This document shows positions 23,856 through 31,151 of a stretch of 34,818 nt of DNA, in pieces (position 1 is the first letter of the stretch; every line of letters starts with the position of its first letter). A program made the translations under genes and the position numbers. The DNA is from a virus, in the IMG/VR virus record IMGVR_UViG_3300045988_092923, positions 1 to 34,818 of that record; one strand, 5' to 3'. A model generated the notes under the pieces. That model worked only from the letters and a program-made list of their open reading frames with translations, was not told the DNA's origin and did no database searches.

Positions 23856-24500
23856 TTAGCCCTCCTTCATTTCGGCAATCATTGCCTTGTACTTGCTGTA
23901 ATCAATCTCTTGCTTGGTTTCACGTGAAACATCGTCGGACTTGTCCTCTCGAGTCTCTGGCGTTTCACGTGAAACATCGTGCTCGGCAACGTTGGCGTCG
24001 AACGCGTCAGATACGAAAATCCTGTCCTCGGAATCGTCGCTCCTAGCCATGATGAGCGTGCCGTCGTAGGCTGGCACCTTGGAACGGTCGAGAATGGACA
24101 CCTCTTCGAGGTCGAGGTCGTTCACCTCGCGCGTCAGCATGCCGTTCTCGACGCCGTTCTTGACGTCTCGGTCATAGAACCCGAAAGACCAGCCAACCAA
24201 ATCGCCGCGCTTTGCCTTCTCCATGACGTCCTTGTCAGTGATGGTGCACTTCGCGCGAAGTCCGATGTTGTCCTCGGTGAGTTCGAGGTTGCCCTGCTTG
24301 GTGCTTCCCAGGTCGCGCTGCCAGTCGTGGTTGAGCAGCACGTGAACATCGTCGTTGCGCTTCAGGGCACGCGCGAACGCCCCCTTCTTGATTCGCTCGA
24401 TGAACTTCCCCATACGCGACATGAGCGGCTTACTGTTGCGCTCGACGGCATTGACGTAGCCCTCGATTTCGACGCTATCCTCACGAATGTTAATCTGCAT
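23856..24500 (-). CDS. Prohead protease, HK97 family (S78)
   Basis: MQINIREDSVEIEGYVNAVERNSKPL...LLNHD...LGS..GNLEL.ED..GL is the typical pattern. The start follows agggggtgaaatcaATG. The acidic C-terminal tail contains two parS-like sites. Confidence 0.85.
   Translation of the reverse strand: MQINIREDSVEIEGYVNAVERNSKPLMSRMGKFIERIKKGAFARALKRNDDVHVLLNHDWQRDLGSTKQGNLELTEDNIGLRAKCTITDKDVMEKAKRGDLVGWSFGFYDRDVKNGVENGMLTREVNDLDLEEVSILDRSKVPAYDGTLIMARSDDSEDRIFVSDAFDANVAEHDVSRETPETREDKSDDVSRETKQEIDYSKYKAMIAEMKEG
23916..23931. promoter_or_regulatory. parS-like site 3 (gGTTTCACGTGAAACA, 15/16)
   Basis: The site lies inside the protease CDS tail, where it encodes VSRET. The 19 nt GTTTCACGTGAAACATCGT are identical to site 4. 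Confidence 0.7.
23961..23976. promoter_or_regulatory. parS-like site 4 (cGTTTCACGTGAAACA, 15/16)
   Basis: The site lies inside the protease CDS tail, 45 bp centre-to-centre from site 3, and encodes VSRET. Confidence 0.7.
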
Positions 24501-25986
24501 TGATTTCACCCCCTTTGCCGCCAGTCTCATCGTTGACCTGCTGCTCTGTCTGCTCCTGCAAATCTAGCACGCGGTCAGCGTCCGCATCAGACAAGCCGCA
24601 GCCAACGATGAGCATGCTCTTTGCCTGCGAAGCCGTATAATTGCCTGCCGTGTACCCTGCAATGATGCTTTCCATGCTCTGCATCTGCCCAACGAGAAGC
24701 GGCTTGCGCACAACGTCATCAACCTTGTCCATCGTCTGGTCAACGACCTGCTTGTCATCGGCGTCCGCTTCGCCCCCTTGCGCCTGAGCTGCGCTGCCAG
24801 AATCCGAAATGCCAGCCGCCTTGGTCGAGTCCGTGTTCGGGGTGTACGTCTCTCCAGTGGTGGTGTCAAAGAGGACCGAGCCGAGTCCGAGGTCGATGAG
24901 GTCAAGCCCCGTGATTTCGTTCATGTTCTCGTTGCGGCGCATCTCGTTAATCGACATTATGCCACAATCCTTGGCCAGCTTGTACGTCTCATAGCGCTCC
25001 TTCAGGCTCGCCTTGATAATCTCTCGGCTGTCGAAAGCGAAGAAGCAATTTCGCTTCTCGCGCTCAAGAAGAAGGTCGCGGTTGAGCGCCGTCTCGAAAG
25101 CGCGCACGATGGGGTAGATTGCGAACTTCCACGTTTCCTCGAAGTTATCCTTGATGTGGAAGATGTTGTTTATTTCGTCCGCCATCGTCCGCTTGTTCTC
25201 ATCAAGCTGCATCTCGGTGGAAGTGCTCGACGCCTCCTGAAACTCCAAGCCGTTGTTGAGCACAACAACGTTCTCTTCGGAGTTGCCGTAAAGCTTCGCC
25301 CATGCGTTTTTGAGCGCGTCGATTTCCTCTTGGCCGAGCTTGCGTTGGCTCTTGAGAAAACCGCGCTTGTTGCCGCCAGTCTTCACCAGCCCCAGCTGGT
25401 ACATGAGCGTATGGTACGCAGTCTCCAGAGCCTTCGCGACCTCGACGGTAAGCCCAACGCCCGATGCGCCGTCCTTGGTGTTCCTCAGAATCTTGACGAA
25501 CTCGAACGGCTTGTAGGTGTCCGCTCCGACGATGATGTCATACGACTTGTGAATCGGGTCGCTGTTGATGTTGATGCTGACATCATCGCACTTGACGTAG
25601 TAGAGGCCCGTCACGTCGTTCCTGCTGCGCTCGATGTAGCAGTATCCTCCCTTGCCCATGAGGTAGTCCTCGACCATGGCCTTCTTGAGTTGGAAGCCGT
25701 CCAGCGTGTCGCCGGTGTCTCCGTTGAGCATCTTGGTTCGAGGGTCGTTGTCAACCTCCTCGACCACACCTTTCTTGGTGCGGTACAGGCGCACTGGCAT
25801 GCACGCGACCGCGCTCGTGATGAAGTCAACCGCGCCTGAGACCGCTGGAAGCATCATCGCCTTGTCGCGGTCGATAGGCTCATCGTTGAGCAGCGCACGC
25901 AAGAGCACGTCGTTCACCGTGCCATCGTTGCCGATGATGTTCTCGGTGGAACGCCTGCGCTCCTTCCTGTCTCTGAACCATCCCAT
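24490..25986 (-). CDS. Portal protein (HK97 family)
   Basis: The 498-aa gene lies between terL and the protease, with RBS gaggtgattaaATG. The portal-like core is followed by an acidic/Q-rich C-terminal extension. Confidence 0.85.
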   Translation of the reverse strand: MGWFRDRKERRRSTENIIGNDGTVNDVLLRALLNDEPIDRDKAMMLPAVSGAVDFITSAVACMPVRLYRTKKGVVEEVDNDPRTKMLNGDTGDTLDGFQLKKAMVEDYLMGKGGYCYIERSRNDVTGLYYVKCDDVSININSDPIHKSYDIIVGADTYKPFEFVKILRNTKDGASGVGLTVEVAKALETAYHTLMYQLGLVKTGGNKRGFLKSQRKLGQEEIDALKNAWAKLYGNSEENVVVLNNGLEFQEASSTSTEMQLDENKRTMADEINNIFHIKDNFEETWKFAIYPIVRAFETALNRDLLLEREKRNCFFAFDSREIIKASLKERYETYKLAKDCGIMSINEMRRNENMNEITGLDLIDLGLGSVLFDTTTGETYTPNTDSTKAAGISDSGSAAQAQGGEADADDKQVVDQTMDKVDDVVRKPLLVGQMQSMESIIAGYTAGNYTASQAKSMLIVGCGLSDADADRVLDLQEQTEQQVNDETGGKGGEINAD

Positions 25987-25997
25987 TTAATCACCTC

Positions 25998-27689
25998 TTA
26001 GATAACCTGAATCGTGAATCCGCCCTGTCCGAAAATCACGTCCTGCTGTAGCAAGTATACGGCGTTTATCAGGGCAACGACCATATCGACCTTGCCCTTG
26101 CTCTTCTTCTTGTGGACATACATGTTTTTGTTGGTGTCGTATGAGCAGCGGGCATTCTGGAAGTTGATTTCGAGCAGCTTGTTGTCTGTGTACTCGAACT
26201 CGCCGCAAAGAATCTTCTCCTTCAGAAGCTTCGTCGGCGGATGGAGCACGGAGCTGTGCTGCCTGATTTCGACCGTATTGTAGCCAGCGCCTTCCAGCTT
26301 CTGCGCCGTGCTGAGAGCGTTCCATCGGTCGTAGCCGATTGCCTGCACCTGCACGCCGAACCTCTTCTCGATGCCGAGAATGAAGTCCTCGACAACCTTG
26401 TAGTCGATAACCCTGTCCCCGCATGCTATGCACTTCCCAGCGCGGATGAACTCGTTGTAGTCGATTTTCTCGTATGCGTTCTTCTCGGGAATGCGGCCCT
26501 CTGGCACGAAAGCGAAAACATCGGCGAGGATGTTGCCGTCATCGTCTGCGGCAACCATCGCCACGGCAGTGTTGTCGTTCGTCTCCGAAAGGTCTAGCCC
26601 CAGATACACGACGCGGCCGCGCCAGTCGATGTTCGCAACCTTGCAAGCCTGCACGTCAGCAACGTCGATGAACGTCTCCGTGCCCTGTCCCTGATAGATG
26701 ATATTGCAGTGCTTGGTGAGAAAGTTCTCGCGTGCCGATTCGACCGCGATAGCGTAGGCGCGTTTCTTCTTCAGGTCTTCCCATATTTCGGGTATCTCCA
26801 AGCTGACTGGGTTCGCCTGACGCATGACCAAATCGTCCGTCATCCAGTCCTTGGTTTCGTCTGGCTCGTAGAGCAATGCGAACAACGTATCGTCATCGGC
26901 AATTCCGTCGAGAACCTTCTTGGCGTACGCAACCTCGTCCTCGAACGGGTTGTCGATGGTCGGATACTTGGTCGAGATGATGAAGCCAAGTTTGTTCAGG
27001 ATGTTGAGCTGGCCCGACTTCATGGCTTCGATGGCATAGCTGGTCGGCAGCGCCCCAACCTCGTCCGCGCAGAACGCGCTTGGAAGTCTGCCGTCCATCC
27101 TCGAAGTCGAATAGCTCAGGGGGACGTATGTCGAACTCTTCGGCTTGAAGGTGATGTAGTCGCGCAGAATCTTGAAACGTTTGTTTCCCTTGTACTCGTA
27201 CACCAGAGGTGACGAGCGCAGCGTCTGCGATATGGCTTCGCGAATCTGCCTTGACAGTGCGCCGTCTGGTGCGACCGAGAAGAACTCAGCGAATCGCGGC
27301 TCGGTCAGCATGAGGATGATGAAGATGGTCGCGACGGTATAAGTCTTGAAGTTCTTGCGTGCGATTTCCAGCAGCCCGATTTCGTAGCGCCGCTTCTCGG
27401 GATTGTCGCGGTAGACGGTGCACAGGACTGCCGTGTACAGCAACCATTGGTACCCAGTCGTGCACTCGTAAAGCGTCTGCCCAGCCTTCAGGCCCTTGGG
27501 CATGACGAGCAGCTTGAGAATCGACTCCATCTGGCGAATCTTTGCGTCGCTCACGAGGTACTTGTCGCTCTTGCCGTCGCATACGTCCATCCAAAGGCGC
27601 ATCTGCTTCTTGACGTACTTCGGGGTGGTGTCCGCGTCTATCGTGCGCTCGCAGTACTCGTAGCCCCTATTCCTCGCCATCGCTGTCAC
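25998..27689 (-). CDS. terL: Terminase large subunit (Terminase_1 type)
   Basis: The 563-aa protein starts ...YEYCERTIDADTTPKYVKKQMRLWMDVCDGK, typical of this family. It has ATPase and nuclease halves (LGLDLSETNDNTAVAMV). An alternative ATG lies at 27680. Confidence 0.9.
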   Translation of the reverse strand: MTAMARNRGYEYCERTIDADTTPKYVKKQMRLWMDVCDGKSDKYLVSDAKIRQMESILKLLVMPKGLKAGQTLYECTTGYQWLLYTAVLCTVYRDNPEKRRYEIGLLEIARKNFKTYTVATIFIILMLTEPRFAEFFSVAPDGALSRQIREAISQTLRSSPLVYEYKGNKRFKILRDYITFKPKSSTYVPLSYSTSRMDGRLPSAFCADEVGALPTSYAIEAMKSGQLNILNKLGFIISTKYPTIDNPFEDEVAYAKKVLDGIADDDTLFALLYEPDETKDWMTDDLVMRQANPVSLEIPEIWEDLKKKRAYAIAVESARENFLTKHCNIIYQGQGTETFIDVADVQACKVANIDWRGRVVYLGLDLSETNDNTAVAMVAADDDGNILADVFAFVPEGRIPEKNAYEKIDYNEFIRAGKCIACGDRVIDYKVVEDFILGIEKRFGVQVQAIGYDRWNALSTAQKLEGAGYNTVEIRQHSSVLHPPTKLLKEKILCGEFEYTDNKLLEINFQNARCSYDTNKNMYVHKKKSKGKVDMVVALINAVYLLQQDVIFGQGGFTIQVI

Positions 27690-28038
27690 CGTTGATTATC
27701 GCCATGAGCGGGTCGTAGTCTGAGTCGCGTTCCTCGTCCTCCTTGGCGAATCCCTTGATGATTTTCATGAGAGTGGTGACCGTGCGGTTGGCCGAGTCCG
27801 TAGTCTTGTTGTACTCGGTCACGGCTGGGTTCACGTAGATGTTGGCGCGACCCTTGACGTACTCCTTCGTAACGAGCGTTCCAGTCTCGCGGATTGCCGC
27901 TTCAAGCTCGGTGAGATTGTTGAGCTGCACCTGGTAGCGTTTGAACGTGGTCATGAAGAAGAAGTTTGTCTGTACGCCCGTCTCTTCTGCTATCTTCAGG
28001 ATTTCCTGCGCCTGCTCGTTAAGGCTTTTCTTTGCCAT
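27667..28038 (-). CDS. terS: Terminase small subunit, P27 family
   Basis: ...LVTKEYVKGRANIYVNPAVTEYNKTTDSANRTVTTLMKII is P27-like. The gene lies immediately upstream of terL with RBS cggaggtaggacATG. Confidence 0.8.
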   Translation of the reverse strand: MAKKSLNEQAQEILKIAEETGVQTNFFFMTTFKRYQVQLNNLTELEAAIRETGTLVTKEYVKGRANIYVNPAVTEYNKTTDSANRTVTTLMKIIKGFAKEDEERDSDYDPLMAIINGDSDGEE

Positions 28039-28041
28039 GTC

Positions 28042-28890
28042 CTACCTCCGTTTTCTGTATCTGTCGCTGATGATTTTCGGGACGCATTTGTTCCAATCTA
28101 CCCGATGGTGCATCCTTCGGTGGTGCGCACCCATCTCCGCAACCCTCACGGCCTGCGGCGCGACGATGACGCTGTAGAACGACTTGACGTATGTGCCGTA
28201 GTCGAGGTAAAGGGTTGTCATGCCTTCAGCATTCTTTTGGGTCTGCGCCTGCGTAATCTGCGTGTTGGTGATGGTGAAGAACAGCTTGCCTTGGTTCCCC
28301 AGCATGACGTAAGTGTTAGTATCCTCGTTCACCCTGCCGACGAATCGGAACGGTCTGTCGGTCTTCAGGAACCATACGTTCATTGCCTTGCGCGAAAGCC
28401 CTTGGTGGAAGAAACGATTTGCACCGCCTATCAGGTGACCGCCCTGCGCAAGAGCAACGGCAAGCGCACCGCTCGTGTCAAGGAACCCGAAGCAGTCCTC
28501 GAAGAGCCTGTCCAAATCGTCGCAGTACTTGCTCTTGAGCTGCGCACCACTCAGGAACCTGAACATGAAGTAGCCGTAATCGTCATCGAGGACAACGAAG
28601 TGGGCAAGGCCCAGCCGCTTCGCTATGTTGAAGCACTCGTTGCGGGCGTACACCACTCCGCGATGGTCTTCAACTGCGTCCGCCGTGTCCGTCCACTTTG
28701 CGACCTCGGACTTGTCGAACTGAATCACCATATCGCCGTAGCGGCTCTTGTACTCTTCCGCGCTATCGTCCTCGTTGTCGATGATGATGTACGTGTCACC
28801 GCTGTAGTTGCCCTTCTTCAGGGCATTGATGGTTGCGATGTTGTCTGGCCTTCCATGCGAGACGATGAACACCGCGTAATCACTCGCCAT
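28042..28890 (-). CDS. GT-A-like glycosyltransferase-fold protein, paralogue 2 (282 aa)
   Basis: The start MASDYAVFIVSHGRPD follows gggaggtggcgcaagaATG. YIIIDNEDDSAEEY and a DxD motif in HFVVLDDDYGYF resemble a GT-A Rossmann core. The protein is clearly paralogous to the upstream gene and has the basic tail RYRKRR. Confidence 0.5.
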   Translation of the reverse strand: MASDYAVFIVSHGRPDNIATINALKKGNYSGDTYIIIDNEDDSAEEYKSRYGDMVIQFDKSEVAKWTDTADAVEDHRGVVYARNECFNIAKRLGLAHFVVLDDDYGYFMFRFLSGAQLKSKYCDDLDRLFEDCFGFLDTSGALAVALAQGGHLIGGANRFFHQGLSRKAMNVWFLKTDRPFRFVGRVNEDTNTYVMLGNQGKLFFTITNTQITQAQTQKNAEGMTTLYLDYGTYVKSFYSVIVAPQAVRVAEMGAHHRRMHHRVDWNKCVPKIISDRYRKRR

Positions 28891-29722
28891 TCTTGCGCCA
28901 CCTCCCGCTGACAATCTTCGGATAGAGAAGCGCCTTGCTCTTTCGCAGGCTCGTGCCGTCCCTCTTGACGATGACCTTCAGTCCGCTCGGGTCGATTATC
29001 ACTGAGTAGAAGTCGCGCACGTACTGCTTGTTGTCATCGTACAGGCTGTGAAGACCGCCGTCGTTGGTTCCGCGCTGCGGTGAATTCTTCGTTATTGCAT
29101 ATGCTTCGAGCATGACCTTCCCAGCATCCTTGCCAAGCAGCAGCGCGTTCATGTCCTCGTTGAGGATGCCGACGAACTTCAGCCTGTCACTGGCTCGAAC
29201 CACCAGCGCCTGGTTGATGTTCCAGCACATACCGTTCCCGTACACTCCCGCAAGCCCGCCTATGAGCGCACCGCTCGATGCGATGTTGAGCGACGTTACG
29301 CCCGTCGTTTCAAGGAACCCGACCATGGACTCGAACAGCCCATCGAAGTCGGTGACTGGTGCCGACACGAGCCTGCCGCCCTTGACGTACCTGAACGTGA
29401 ACTGGCTCAGGTCATCATCGAACATAGCGAAGTAGCTCAGCCCCAAATCGTCCGCGATGTCGTATGCTGCGTTCCTTGCGAACACGACGGAGCGAAGCTC
29501 GTCTTCGGTTGTCATGGTATCTACGCGCTTGGAGTACTCGCGCTTGTCGAACACGATGACGCTGTCACCGTAAAGCCGTTCGTACTCTGCCCTCTGCTCG
29601 TCAAGGTCATCGATGATGAGATACGCCTTGCCAGAATATCCGTGCTTCTCCAACTCATGGAACGTCACTTGGTCGTGCGCCCTTCCATTCGTGAGAATCA
29701 GCACCGCGAAGTCGCTACGCAT
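28880..29722 (-). CDS. GT-A-like glycosyltransferase-fold protein, paralogue 1 (280 aa)
   Basis: The start MRSDFAVLILTNGRAHD follows ggtgaggacgATG and overlaps the ParB-like stop. The protein carries YLIIDDLDEQRAEY and a DxD in YFAMFDDDLSQF. By eye it is roughly 35-40% identical to paralogue 2 over the N-terminal 110 aa. Confidence 0.5.
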   Translation of the reverse strand: MRSDFAVLILTNGRAHDQVTFHELEKHGYSGKAYLIIDDLDEQRAEYERLYGDSVIVFDKREYSKRVDTMTTEDELRSVVFARNAAYDIADDLGLSYFAMFDDDLSQFTFRYVKGGRLVSAPVTDFDGLFESMVGFLETTGVTSLNIASSGALIGGLAGVYGNGMCWNINQALVVRASDRLKFVGILNEDMNALLLGKDAGKVMLEAYAITKNSPQRGTNDGGLHSLYDDNKQYVRDFYSVIIDPSGLKVIVKRDGTSLRKSKALLYPKIVSGRWRKNGE

Positions 29723-30461
29723 CGTCCTCACCGCTCATGAAGTCGATGTCCTCGGCAAGCTTCGCGTATCCCTTGGCGATTGCGTCATCGACGTCGATTA
29801 TGACGAGCGCCGAGTCCTCCATAAGCTCCTGCATCTCTGGCGTCGCGTTGGCGTAGTACTCAGCGACGTTCCTGTAGTTGAAGGCATAGTGTCGTGTGGC
29901 TGCCTTGATTAGGAACTCGCGTTCCTCGGGCGTGACGTTCGAGTCCTGAATCCTCATGACCAGCTCATTGGCCTTCGAATCGTCAACCAGCTCGTCGATG
30001 GATGGGCACTCGCCAGTCGGCTCGTACTGCGGTATGTTCACCTTCTTGGTGTAGGTATCGTCAGCCTGCGGCTCGTCCTCTTCCAGCTCTTCGAAGTCGA
30101 ACCCGAAGTCAGACATGTCGATGTCCTCGATGCCATCAAGCTCGATGCCCAGCTTCGCCATGTCCCACTGTGCAAGCTCGCCAGTCTTGTTGTCGGCCAG
30201 ACGGAACGCCTTCACCTGCTCGGGCGTCAAATCGTCCGCCACGATGACGGGAACCTGCTTCAACCCCAGCTTGTGCGCAGCCTTCAGGCGTGTATGCCCG
30301 TTGATGATGACGTTCTCGCCGTCAACGACGATTGGAACCTTGAAGCCGAACTCCTTGATGCTAGCAGCCACCGCATCGACCGCGTTGTCGTTCAATCGCG
30401 GGTTGTTCGCGTACGGAATCAGTGAATCGACGTCCATATACGTCACTTTGGTCTTGTTCAT
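29715..30461 (-). CDS. ParB N-terminal-domain (ParB/Srx) protein
   Basis: VDSLIPYANNPRLNDNAVDAVAASIKEFGFKVPIVVDGENVIINGHTRLKAAHKLG is a ParBc-type N-terminal domain. An acidic linker follows, then a helical C-terminal region (EEREFLIKAATRHYAFNYRNVAEYY). No canonical GERRxR box or obvious ParB HTH was recognised. The RBS is gagaaaggagcaatcagggcATG. Confidence 0.75.
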   Translation of the reverse strand: MNKTKVTYMDVDSLIPYANNPRLNDNAVDAVAASIKEFGFKVPIVVDGENVIINGHTRLKAAHKLGLKQVPVIVADDLTPEQVKAFRLADNKTGELAQWDMAKLGIELDGIEDIDMSDFGFDFEELEEDEPQADDTYTKKVNIPQYEPTGECPSIDELVDDSKANELVMRIQDSNVTPEEREFLIKAATRHYAFNYRNVAEYYANATPEMQELMEDSALVIIDVDDAIAKGYAKLAEDIDFMSGEDDA

Positions 30462-30487
30462 GCCCTGATTGCTCCTTTCTCATACAT

Positions 30488-30510
30488 GGGGCGCCCGTTC
30501 TGAGCGCCCC
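30488..30510. other. GC hairpin in the 5' leader of the ParB-like gene
   Basis: GGGGCGC (30488-30494) pairs with GCGCCCC (30504-30510) around a 9-nt loop. There is no T-tract on either strand. Confidence 0.5.
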
Positions 30511-30731
30511 TGTAGAAAACTTGCCGATAATTGGCTTATTTGAATGATAATTGTAGAAAAGTTTCCAACATTGTAGAAAATCCAAGTTTCCAACATTGTA
30601 GAAAATCCAAAAAACCCCAGCAGATGAAAAACTTTTTTTCTTCTCTAGGCAGGTTAGATAGCCCGCAGGCTCAGTTTTCGACACTTTCGACAGGGGGGGG
30701 ATTGTAGAAAAGTTTTCGACATTGTAGAAAA
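30510..30731. repeat. Iteron-like array: ATTGTAGAAAA x5 plus CTGTAGAAAA x1
   Basis: Copies lie at 30510-19 (degenerate), 30550-60, 30570-80, 30595-605, 30701-11 and 30721-31. The associated sub-repeats are GTTTCCAAC x2 and TTTTCGAC / TTTCGAC x3. A central segment of about 95 bp is A/T-tract-rich. Confidence 0.9.
30693..30700. repeat. G8 homopolymer tract abutting iteron R4
   Basis: Read directly as cagggggggg attgtagaaaa. Confidence 0.9.
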
Positions 30732-30767
30732 GTCCCGTAGACCACGTGGTAGCCAAGGTCTGTCCGT

Positions 30768-31151
30768 CTACCGCGTAGCTCCCCGAATCCTCTTCGCCGC
30801 AAGCCCTCTCAGGTATCCCTTGGACAGCTCCCCATCGTCCGCCATCCTGTGATGCTTCCTGCACAGGCATATGAGGTTGTCATCCTCGAGCAGTCCGTCT
30901 GGGTCTTCGCGTAGCTTGTCTATGTGGTGGACCTCAAGCCCCTGCGTGGTGACCTTCCCTTGGTCCCTGCACACCTCGCACATCCAGTGCGCATCGTCTC
31001 GCACCTGTAGGCTCTTCCTCTTCCACCTTGAGGTGAAGCGCAGCCTGTCCGCACCAGTCCTCTCGTACCTGTATGTAGGCTTCTTCCTCGGGCATGGCTG
31101 GTCGTATGGGTGAATCCGCCCACATCGTGGGCAGGCCCTGTATGCCCCCAT
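30768..31151 (-). CDS. HNH endonuclease (packaging-associated type)
   Basis: CPRCGRIH...C, then EVHHIDKLREDPDGLLEDDNLICLCRKHH, is an HNH motif. The RBS is gagggggaggtgattcgATG. HK97-like cos phages commonly encode such an HNH near the terminase genes. Confidence 0.85.
   Translation of the reverse strand: MGAYRACPRCGRIHPYDQPCPRKKPTYRYERTGADRLRFTSRWKRKSLQVRDDAHWMCEVCRDQGKVTTQGLEVHHIDKLREDPDGLLEDDNLICLCRKHHRMADDGELSKGYLRGLAAKRIRGATR

Noticed and set aside
22535-24046. Very long plus-strand ORFs antisense to structural genes (22535..24046 at 503 aa, 24778..25839 at 353 aa, 20167..21075 at 302 aa, 31377..32213 at 278 aa, 28105..28911 at 268 aa, 3613..4194, 7399..7932 and others)
   Set aside because: These are shadow ORFs typical of GC-rich DNA. 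Their composition is low-complexity and rich in L, V, R, D and G. They have no RBS, lie entirely inside recognisable minus-strand genes, and show no family motifs.
29715-30461. A complete ParABS partition system or phage-plasmid lifestyle
   Set aside because: No ParA-type (Walker or actin-like) ATPase gene is present anywhere in the genome, and an integrase with a candidate attP is present. The ParB-like protein also lacks a recognisable canonical parS-binding HTH.
30510-30731. Possible CRISPR array
   Set aside because: The repeats are only 10-11 bp with irregular 9-95-bp spacing and shared sub-repeats. This is nothing like the 24-48-bp repeats and uniform spacers of a CRISPR array, and there is no leader or cas context.
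30741-30750. ACCACGTGGT palindrome, and GGAACCACGTGAAGCA at 33599-33614, as additional parS sites
   Set aside because: They match the 16-bp parS consensus at only 8/16 and 11/16 positions respectively, sharing mainly the CACGTG core. They are too degenerate to count without binding data.
30361-30870. 169-aa minus-strand ORF running through the iteron region
   Set aside because: It spans the non-coding repeat array and overlaps the ParB-like gene start and the HNH gene end in the wrong frames. Its low-complexity translation comes from the repeats themselves.
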